The notes beneath the pieces are model-generated. The model made no database searches. It saw only the letters and a list, made by a program, of their open reading frames with translations, and was not told where the DNA came from. A stretch of 64,000 bases of DNA, taken from NCBI RefSeq assembly GCF_001194135.2, contig NC_068984.1, positions 137,119,323-137,183,322 on the forward strand. Reading direction: 5' to 3'. Position numbers and translations under genes: made by a program. The stretch comes from Octopus bimaculoides. Taxonomy: Eukaryota. Below, piece by piece: positions 36,855 through 47,856 of the stretch (positions are counted from its first letter, which is position 1; each line of letters begins with the position of its first letter).

Positions 36855-36975
36855 CGCGCTCTGAAAACTAGTCTGCAAAGTCTCGTTGGAGTCTCATTAC
36901 ACTGACGAGACTTCAACGTGACTTGAATGTGGCGGGATTCTTGAAGATCAATATTTAATGTCAGTCGATGTGAGT
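36700..36975. promoter_or_regulatory. CpG-rich candidate bidirectional promoter / 5' exon region for PNPT1 and KNTC1
   Basis: There is a dense CpG cluster against a CpG-poor background. The PNPT1 ATG is at 36854 (-), a plus-strand donor GAT|GTGAGT is at 36970, and TGGCGG-GATT-CTTGAA is at 36930-36945. Confidence 0.6.
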
Positions 36976-37334
36976 TCAATGTTTTTTCATGTTTTATATT
37001 GTTTTATTAAAGCTTATTACAAAGTTATGTACTATATTAATGTTTATAGCAAATATTTATTTAATTTTTCACACTTTTGGCTTCAAAACGAATGACTATT
37101 CATTCATGTTTTCACTATGTACAACCGTATATTTTCACTCACAACAAGTTGGCAAAAGGACCTACAAGATAATTCGTGATTAATTCTAAACAATGGGAAT
37201 AAATAAATAATCACTATATTTACAATGGTATTTTCTTTAAACAATCAGTTTCTGGTATTTTCTTCCTTCAAAAATGGATTTTTTTCATTGTAATAGTGCA
37301 TATATGATTCTGTAAGACTAATCAATTGTATATA

Positions 37335-37545
37335 CAGGGTGTCCACAAAGTCTGGGTACATGGGGATTAACACATACTTTAAGAAATTATTATTTCTTAT
37401 ATTTAATTGTTTATGTTATGATTTTATTTACTCCATGTACCCACATGGGGATTAACACATACTTTAAGAAATTATTATTTCTTATATATGTTGTTTATGT
37501 TATGAGTTTATTTACCCCATGTATCCAGACTTTGTGGGAACCCTG
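37335..37545. mobile_element. Tc1/mariner-type MITE with an internal tandem duplication
   Basis: TA|CAGGGTGTCCACAAAGTCTGGGTACATGGGG...CCCCATGTATCCAGACTTTGTGGGAACCCTG|TA. Confidence 0.88.
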
Positions 37546-37577
37546 TATATTTTTTTTAATCAATAAATCATTGAGTA

Positions 37578-37800
37578 TACAGGGTGGCCGAAAAGTAGGT
37601 TTACAGTTATTCAACTATCTCTCGTATTCATATATTAACAGTTTAGATCTTAATTATAAAAAAAATATGGAACCATTTGACAGTAAGAGACTAGCTTAAC
37701 CAGTCCTTTCCACAGCGTTGGTTTGGAAGACTGGACAGCATGGAATGGCCACCAGGTTCACCTGACCTGACACCAAAGATTTTTTTTTTATAATCGACTT
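37578..37800 (+). mobile_element. Mariner-like transposon remnant
   Basis: It has a TACAGGGTGGCC TIR-like start and encodes EWPPGSPDLTP, corresponding to WPPRSPDLTP. Confidence 0.75.
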
Positions 37801-38511
37801 CACTCCATTGTTTTGAAGTGTGTGGTGCAAAAATTTGAAAAATCCCAGCCAAAAAGGAAATAATCCCAAATTAAGTGAGACAGCTATTCCCTATGAATTT
37901 CTCCCTTTAATTTTATTATAACTATATATAGGATTATAATTATTATTGCTATTCTAAATGTTCGGTTTTGGACAATAGGTCATCTCCGTTGGGTAACAAA
38001 CCTTGGGTAAGTGTCTTCTACTATAGCCTCGAGCCGACCAAAGCCTTGTGAGTGGATTTGGTAGACGAAAACTGAAAGAAGACCGTCGTATATATGTATA
38101 TATATATGTGTGTCTGTGTTTGTCCCCCAACATCGCTTGACAACCGATGGTGGTGTGTTTACGTCCCCGTAACCTAGCGGTTCGGCAGAAGAGACCGCTA
38201 GAATAAGTACTAGGCATCCAAAGAATAAGTCCTGGGGTCGATTTTCTCGACTAAAGGCGTTGCTCCAGCATGGCCGCAGTCAAATGACTGAAACAAGTAA
38301 AAGAGTAATGCAGACACAAAAATAGGTTAAATGAAAATAAGCGCTTGTGCAATTATTGTTTCATTTACACATAACAAAAATGGTTGCTTGATTGAGTAAC
38401 TATTAAGTGTGGCTATCGAATAAAGATGACACTTTCAAATAAAACCTGGTTATTAAATATCAGATTCATTCACTGTCGTCCACATTAGAAACGTTTAATT
38501 TGTAATGGTGA

Positions 38512-38526
38512 GCGCCAAATTTTGAA
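38512..38526 (+). promoter_or_regulatory. E2F site plus CHR (CDE/CHR geometry)
   Basis: GCGCC-AAAT-TTTGAA. GCGCCAAA is the reverse complement of the E2F consensus TTTGGCGC, and TTTGAA is the canonical CHR. Confidence 0.5.
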
Positions 38527-38816
38527 CTGTCAAATCTAAATAAAACATTGTGATTAAATCCCAATCGAGTTTTCATTTTTAAATGGTTTGTTTCTTTTTT
38601 TCCGATCGACAACTGTTATAAGAAATGTTTTAATCAGTTCAAATATATATTTTTTTCTCTTATATTTTTAAACCACTTCCATCACGTTTTGTTGTTTTTT
38701 TCCACCCGCCCACCTCATCGCAGTGGGGTATCTCAAAGAAAGTGCCTACAAGTAGCACACATAATTTTTCTTGACTACAGGAAGCGTTTAATGCCCCATA
38801 ATCAACTATAAACGTT

Positions 38817-38847
<31 letters not shown>

Positions 38848-41598
38848 AATAATAAATGTGTATATGCATATATACGTACAAGTATGTGCATACCTGTATA
38901 TATAGGTGCATATCTGGGTACAGGACATTGCAAACAAAACGTAGACAAAAAAAATAATAATAACCAGAGTACAGAAAACACACAGGCCACATAAAGAACA
39001 TTTTCCTTCATTAGCTGCCACCATTCTAACACAGGCACACACATATTTTTTTAACTATTATGAAAAGTAAGGAGAAAGCAACAGTTGTCATCTCGTGTAA
39101 ATATCGCTTTTCNNNNNNNNNNNNNNNNNNNNNNNNNNNNNNNNNNNNNNNNNNNNNNNNNNNNNNNNNNNNNNNNNNNNNNNNNNNNNNNNNNNNNNNN
39201 NNNNNNNNNNNNNNNNNNNNNNNNNNNNNNNNNNNNNNNNNNNNNNNNNNNNNNNNNNNNNNNNNNNNNNNNNNNNNNNNNNNNNNNNNNNNNNNNNNNN
39301 NNNNNNNNNNNNNNNNNNNNNNNNNNNNNNNNNNNNNNNNNNNNNNNNNNNNNNNNNNNNNNNNNNNNNNNNNNNNNNNNNNNNNNNNNNNNNNNNNNNN
39401 NNNNNNNNNNNNNNNNNNNNNNNNNNNNNNNNNNNNNNNNNNNNNNNNNNNNNNNNNNNNNNNNNNNNNNNNNNNNNNNNNNNNNNNNNNNNNNNNNNNN
39501 NNNNNNNNNNNNNNNNNNNNNNNNNNNNNNNNNNNNNNNNNNNNNNNNNNNNNNNNNNNNNNNNNNNNNNNNNNNNNNNNNNNNNNNNNNNNNNNNNNNN
39601 NNNNNNNNNNNNNNNNNNNNNNNNNNNNNNNNNNNNNNNNNNNNNNNNNNNNNNNNNNNNNNNNNNNNNNNNNNNNNNNNNNNNNNNNNNNNNNNNNNNN
39701 NNNNNNNNNNNNNNNNNNNNNNNNNNNNNNNNNNNNNNNNNNNNNNNNNNNNNNNNNNNNNNNNNNNNNNNNNNNNNNNAAATATTCGAAAAAATAAAGA
39801 AGTAATGAGAGGTTATATGGCATGCTCAAAGCAGAATTCCGTTTTGTATACTGTGAGACTAAGGGAAACCTTTATGTGGTTACTTGGCTTACTAGAAATA
39901 GCAGCCAAATTTCCAAACCTCTTCTGATTGTTTTTAAAAAAAAGAGCATAGCTAAAGATATGTGCCCCGCCACTGACTTTATTTCCTCATAGCTTTCTGA
40001 AAACTAGATAATTTTTAATGATTTTTTTTTTTTTTTTTTAAATACGTGTCGAAATTTCATGTTAGAAAAAAAAAGCAATTCGGGATGGTGTTGGATAATT
40101 TCTACATCTCGGCTTTGTTTCCTCATACGTTTTGATGAGGTGTGTGAATTCTCCGATCCTACCCCCTACTATTTTTTTTTTCCTCACATCAAATTCCAAT
40201 ATAACTGTAATCTTTACCACCTGAAACGTGTTTCAGACATTAGACTGCAGACATGCTGAAGCACCACCTAGAGAAATTTGAACCAAACGAATCTGTTTGG
40301 TACTTATTCTATCAGTCTCTTTTGCCCAACCACTAATTTACTGTGACACATCACCAGTTGTCAAGTAGTGATGGGAGTCAGAGGGACACACGTGCGACAG
40401 TCATCTTTCAGTTTCTTATTTCTTTACTGCCCACAAGGGACTAAACATAGAGGAAACAAAAAAAGGGGTTGAGTCGATTACATCTACCCCAGTGCATAAC
40501 TGGTACTTAATTTATCAACCCCGAAAGGATGAAAGTCGGAATTTGAACTCAGAACGTCAAGACGGACGAAATAGCGCTAAGCATTCCGCCCGGCGTGCTA
40601 ACGTTTCTGCCAGCTCGCCACCTTTCAGTTTCTGCCTGCCAAATCCATTCACAAGGTTTTGGTCAGGCTGAGGCCATAGTAGAAGACACTTGTCCAAGGT
40701 GCCACACAGCTAGAGTTGGAAATTTCATTAAAGAAATATCCATTTTTCTGAAAGCTGTGACGAAACAATGTCCAGGAATGGAGTTCACACGTATAGTCAT
40801 TTTGAGATTTTACATGTATGATCTGAGAATCTTCAATTCATTGCACTGCCTTGCTCATCAGAGAAAAGCTATGACCCAAACCCAATATGTGTGTGTTAAA
40901 TATAATAGAAAATATTGATTTGAAGGTTCAAACAAACTCGCATGGAGCAATCTAGCTGGATTATCTTGCAGTCAGGACACATTAATTAAATTTAGGATGT
41001 AATTTAACATGACTACAGACCTGAAAATCCAAGAAACACTTCCTTATTTGGAAGAGAAGGGGGGGGGGTGAAGATGTGCCAGGGCATACCCTGTAATTAA
41101 AATTCAGGAGAAGTGAGAAGCAAATAAGATATAACTGTGGTTACAGCTGTTTCATAATTCACTTTCAGTTACATCATTAACTCTTGATTTGAAGGTGCAT
41201 ACACATTATATACATATATAACAGTCGTATAGTTACATAATGATCCACCAAAGAGAAGTATTCTTCTGACCAGTTTCTGGACATCTCCAGTTTGTTTCTA
41301 ATGTGCCAGATAAAATCAGCTCATTTTATATTTGCTTGGCAAACTGGGGGTAAAAATATAAAAAGGAAACCATCTTTGCATGTTTATTTATTGTTTGGGT
41401 TTGCAAACAAGACAAGTTCTTAAGTTGGTTTATTTACTCCATCAAAAACTGATGATTTATTGAATGCATTCTTACAGTAAAGTTGGAATTATTATGGATT
41501 TACTGCAGATACACATTCCTTCAGACACCTGAAAGAATGCGTAGAGGCAGGAATATCAGAAAAGTGACTCACTGATTTTTATCTGCTTTCCCAGGAAA

Positions 41599-41730
41599 AT
41601 GTCGTGTTGGGATGAGTTACACTCTGCATTTGGTGCAGATGAAACTATAAACTTTGGACCCCGTTATGAAACTGGTACTGCTCTCTACCAAGTTAATACA
41701 TTTGCTACACTATCATCCAGCAGTAATGAG
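41599..41730 (+). CDS. KNTC1: KNTC1 coding exon 1
   Basis: Acceptor cccag| at 41594, then GAAA-ATG. MSCWDELHSAFGADETINFGPRYETGTALYQVNTFATLSSSSNE|gtaaga. The acceptor implies an upstream non-coding exon. Confidence 0.92.
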
Positions 41731-44311
41731 GTAAGATTTTTATTTTTTATTTTTTCTCTTTATTAGTTTCCTGCCCTTTTATGTATAATGTATTTAGTTT
41801 TTCTGCTGAGGTTGACTTTGCCTTGCATCGGGCATGTTCTGTGTTTCTTTCAATTACTTTAAATATAACAAAGAATTTAGTAAAATAACTTAGTTATCAT
41901 TCAGCTAGTGTTAAGAACATAAATTGTGACTAAGGTTTGGTGGAAGATATTAATTCAAAACTTATGACAACAAGACATTTGTACTCAGAACCAGAGCCGG
42001 TTTCAGCCAGATTGGTAACGAAAGGGTTAAATAAATAATTGAAATTTTCCCTCTGTTTTTTCCCCAATCCTAAAATAACCTTTACCTAAGTTCAATAAGA
42101 TGTACTGTGCTGAATTGTTGCGTCACGGGTCTGCCCAACGCTATAGTAATAGACACTTGCCCAGACTTCTTTCCACACAGCCACATCTGAGCCTATAAGC
42201 GTTTTCTAATTTCTTTTCCTTCTTCAGGATAATGAATCATATCCTAACGTGGTGTCTGAAGAGTTGGGTGACTTATTTTGTGTTGCTGTCGACAACAATT
42301 TGTCTCTCTTTGTGGACTGCCAGTTTATGATGTCTCTAAAGTTTGGTAAGTTTCTTTGAGCTTTTTATTACTGTCTGTCTGTATCTGTGAAAATGGTGTT
42401 ATTATTATAAAACCATGAAGGCACATGGCTTAGTTGTTAGAGGTGTTGTCCCCTACCTCAAAATATCAGTCCTTTTGCCTATAATAGAAAGGATGGTTAT
42501 TATTATTATTAAGGTGGCAAGCACACTGGACGAAACGCCTAGTGGTATTTCACCTGTTTCTACATTCAGAGTTCAAATTCCCACCAAGGTCAACTTCGTC
42601 TTTCATCCTTTCTGGGTTGATATGATTGACTAGTCCCCACCCTACCCAAATTTCAGGCCTTGTGCCTTCAGTAGAAAGGATTTTTCTTCTTTTTCTTCTT
42701 ATTATTAAGGTAGTGAGCTGGCAGAATCATTAGCAATCGTCCGCTTTCCATGCTGGCATGGAAAGGACGGTTTGACTGAGGGCTGGCAAGCCAGAAGGTT
42801 GCACCAGGCTCCAATCTGATCTGGCAATGTTTCTACAGCTGGATGCCCTTCCTAATTCCAACCACTCCTAGAGTGTAGTGGGTGCTTTTTACGTGCCACT
42901 GGCACAAGAGCCAGTCAAGCGGTACTGGCATCAACCACACTTGAATGGTGCTTTTTACGTACCAGCAGCACAAGACCAGTCAGCCGGCACTGGCATCAAT
43001 CACACTCAAATGGTGTTTTTTACATGCCACCAGCACTGGCAATGCTAAAATTTGAAACCAATGTTCTGTTATTGATTCCTGATAAACAAGATATCTATTG
43101 ATAGTCTATTAAATAACCTTAAGAAGTATCACACAGTTATGAAGCAAACTTCTTAATCATACAAACATACTGATTATATATTTTAAACTATTTTATTTAT
43201 TTATTTTTCTCTTTCCAGACTTCTTCGTTGATGCTTTGAGATATTGTCCAGATGGTTCTTTTCTCATTGTTGGTGACAAAAAAGGTATTATCTACATTGT
43301 CGACACAGACACCTCAGAGATCATCTTTACATTCGTAAGCATTCAGTTTCCAGTTGTATCTATAATTTTAAATGGCCATACCTCAAATTGACCCTAATGC
43401 AGAGAAAAAATTCTTGCACAGTATTACAGAAGTTAGCTGTTGTTTTCTTCTTCTTCTCCTCATTAGAAGGAAAGGACAGGCTCTCCCAGACTGGTAGGAA
43501 AGAACAAACTTTTCCACAGACCAGGGGAAACTAGAAATCAAACAGTTGCTAAAAGTACACATGGCTCAAGTAGTGGGGCTGAAGGAGGTGACAGATAAAG
43601 TCTACCATCCCAGAACAGAAACAACCCAAATACCAGGCTTCCACACGGTTTCCCATTACCTAAATTCCATTCAGAAAACTTTAGCTGACTCAAAGCTATA
43701 GTAGCTCTAAGTCCCATGCAGTAAACCAGAAACATGCCATTACTAAATAAACTTTTTATCTCTGCTGCTGCCCTGGGCAGACCTAGTCAAACTGATCTAA
43801 GATCAAAAGCAGTCCAACCATGACTGTCTCATCTATTTTTAGGTGTCTAGGATGATATTATTCAATGCATTTCTGTCTTTTTAAGTTGTTGGCTATAATT
43901 TGAGGCGAGGTCTTGTCGTTATTTCTACCTGGTTGAAAGGTTGGTGGACACCATCATAAGATCCTTCATATTCTTAACCAACCATCTTATGGTAGACGTT
44001 CATGCCTACCACTCAAGAAATACCAGTACAGAGTTCCAGACAAGAAATGGAGTTGATTTAATCTACTATCTCCTACCACCAAAATTTCAGGCCTTATATC
44101 TATATTGGAAACAATAATTTTGTCAGTGAACAGGTCGCGGTCTCAAAAGCGACGAAAATATTTTGACAAATTAAATTTAAATGTTGAAGTGAATCTAATG
44201 GATTTTGTGTGTTATTTTAAATGGCTTATAAACACCTTCCACGCTGCAATTGTTTTCGTTCCAGCACACGATCTCAGATCAGGTCACTTGCTATGCAAGT
44301 GCATCTCCGTA

Positions 44312-44346
<35 letters not shown>

Positions 44347-47300
44347 ATCAGCACACTGGGCGAAATGCTTAGCAGTATTTCACCTGTCGCAATGCTCTGA
44401 GTTCAAATTCCGCCGAGGTTGACTTTGCCTTTCATCCTTTCAGGGTCGATAAATTAAGTACCAGTGAAATTCTGGGGTCAATATAATCGACTAGTCCCCT
44501 CCCCCAAAACTTCAGGCCTTGTGCCTATAGTAGAAAGGATTATTATTATTATTATTATTATTAAGGCAATAAGTTGGCAGAATTGTCGATGACATTTACT
44601 CTCTCTACATTCCAAGTTCAAATTCCACCGAGGCCGACTTAGCCTTTCGTCCTTTTGGGGTCGATTACATTGACTATTCTCCTCCCCCCCCCAAATTTCA
44701 TGCCTTGTGCCTATAGCAGAAATTTTTGCTGTTGTGACTATGTCTGAAACAATTTCTATTGCTATTTTTCTTCCAGAACCTTCTAGCTGGGAAGAAGGTA
44801 TCTGAAGAACATGCTTTCAGGAAAATAATAGTAAAGGAAAATACAGGTGAGTTAAAATGTTCGGTGGAGAATGCTTCAATGGGTACCTTTATTATGCATG
44901 CACCTGTAATATTGCCATTGACCCCTGTAGCAGGGCAGTTGAATTATTTTGCCCCTGCGTAACAACACGCTGGTACTGCGTTCCTCTGCCTTTTAAAAGC
45001 TAAAATCATAATTGAACCATATTCGTTGACTGGCACCTGTGCCAGTGGAGCACTAACAGCACCGTCCGAGCGTGGTCATTGCCAGAGCAGCTGTCTGGCT
45101 ACCATACAAGTGGCACGTAAATAGCACCATTTGAGCATGATCATTACCAGCGTCGCATTACTGGCACTTGTGCCAGTGACGCGTTAGAAAACATTCGAGC
45201 AAAGTCGTTGCCAGTGCCGCTAGACTGGCTCCTGTGCAGGTGGCATGTAAAAACACCATTTTGAGCGTGGCCGTTGCCAGTACCGCCTGACTAGCCTTCG
45301 TGCCGGTGGCATGTAAAAGCCCCCACTCTCAGAGTGGTTAGCGTTAGGAAGGTCATCCAGCTGTAGAAACTCTGCCAAATCAGATTGGAGCCTGGTGTAG
45401 CCATCTGGTTCCCCAGTCCTGAGTCACATCATCCAACACATGCTAGCATGGAAAGCGGACGATAAATGATGATGAGGTGGAAGATAGCATGGATATTGTT
45501 GTTGTTTATTTTCAGGTCAGCACTGATCAAACTGATCTGTAATTAGACATTCCATCCATGACAAACCATCTTTATAAGAGAGTACATTATCTTATCTATT
45601 GTGTCCTTCCATTTTGAAGACAGTAGAGTATCATTTGAAGCAGAATTGATTGCTATTTCTGGCAAGTCAGTCACCCATGTAGAGGATCCATTCCTTAGCA
45701 CCTGGACAATGAGCTGATGGTTGTTTGTTTTCACTGCATGTATGACTATAGCAATTATTCTCTTCATAGTCAATCTTGTTTAATTATAGTGTTTTGTTTC
45801 ATTTCCTCTGTTCCAGACAGTCAATGGAACCTTCTTATTTTATTATCTACTGGTGAACTGTTGGTCTTTAAAGACCTCAACAAAGATTTTTTTGCTTCTG
45901 GAGGTAATTGTTTTGTTTTCTATTTTTTCTTTTGATTTATTCATTGTTTTAACAGCAAATTTTTAAAAATCTGAATTTGTGTTTAAATTGAATTTCTTAA
46001 TTTACAAACTGTTTTTAATATTTTTGATATGACCCACCTGAGACCACCCAAAAGTTCATAAAAATAAGTCTTGTTTTTACATAATTACATCTAAATTAAA
46101 ACCTTTTATTATAATATGAAGAAACAGTTATTGCTTCAAACACCATTTTCAAAATTAACTGAGACTCAGATACTTGTATAGAGTAAAATAATAAAGGAAG
46201 ACCTATTCTAGATTTCACAAAACTGATTTTATTAAGCAAAGAAAAACAATTTTTTTATAAATAAATTTCATATGAAATAAAAAATATATAAATATCAATA
46301 AAAAAATATCTAAATACAAGTTTATATTTGGTACAGTTGATGTAGGAAAATTAAAACCACTTTCTTAAGTTTACTATTTCTTCAAAAACACCCAACAAAT
46401 ATGAAAGGATGCTGGATTCAACATAATTTGGCTGACACTGGATTAAATTTATAATTTGGAGAAATGTTTTTATCAATATGTCTATACAAATTAGTGTTGG
46501 AAATATTCGGGGAGCATTTATAATTTTAGAAGAAATATATACAGAGATGTTAAATACTCTCACTCGCAGTGCAAGATGACTATCTCGTTGAACTAAAATT
46601 AGTTTTTCTGATTGAACCATGTGCTTGAAATCTTCAATGATAAAATAATTTAAAAACCTCATTTTGAATAAAAATATATTAAACTGGAATTTTAAAGAAT
46701 TTTCTAGACAATATAGACTTTAATTGCTTTTCATGTCGTTCCTCAAACTTTGTTCTAGTATAGATGATGACAAAACAGGTTAAACTTATTCAATTTTACA
46801 TTGATCTAATTTTATATTCTTTTCAAATTTCAGAAGACCTTGCAAGCAAACTTTACAAGAGATTGGCCTTCCGTTCCGAAACCTCTAAAATACATCGTAA
46901 TGGTGCCACAGATGTAATTGTAGCAGATAAGAATATTATTACAGCAGTATGCTATCTCCTTAAATAATTTTTCTTAGAAATAATACATTTCTAAATCTCT
47001 CAGAGAGATTTATGCAGTAGTAATACAATGAAGTACTTGTATGCTGTCAACTTAATAATTTTTCTTGTTTCAAATTAAATGACTGATTGTTATTTCTTTT
47101 AGATCCATTTTAAGGAGGTGGTACGATAGGGTCAGTAGAGCATTAGACAAAATATACTGTATTCAACTACTGCACTTTACATTCTGGGTTGAAATTCCAC
47201 CAATATTGGACTTACCCTTTTGTTCTTTGTTGAAGTGTTTCACTTTCTCTTTCCTTTAGGGCAATGGTCCAGCTGTCTTAGCCAGGTGGATTTGGACAGA

Positions 47301-47825
47301 CGGCAAATTGAAAATAACTGACGAAGTGGAAAACGCGCAACTAAACAGTTAGTTACTTTTTTTGTTTTCTTGTTCCAATTAGATAACACATCGTCATCAA
47401 CATTTTACTACATGTGGGTGTTTACCCCTGTTTCTAGGAGTTTCATGGATCACACGGCATTTTGCCTCCTTTCACCTTCTTTCATGATCGGACACGAGCA
47501 ACGGGACAGAAAATTCACTCATCTTTGTTGTTATGCATGTCACGGTTTTATAACTTGATGATCATCTGCCTAATTGTGACTGAAAGGGTTTGCAAATGAT
47601 GTCTTCCTCATTTAACATCCGCTTTTTAATGCTTGCATGGATCAGCCAGAATTTGTGGAGATAGACATTCTACAGTCAGTTGCCCTTTTTGGTCGCCAAC
47701 CCTACCCAGCTTCCAAGCTAGATATTGTTTTCCCATAGCAAGGCACATTTTTCACAGAAGACTGGAAACAACAGCCTTGCTTGGTGCTCATTTTCCATCA
47801 ATCATGTGACATCTAGACCAGGGTA

Positions 47826-47856
<31 letters not shown>

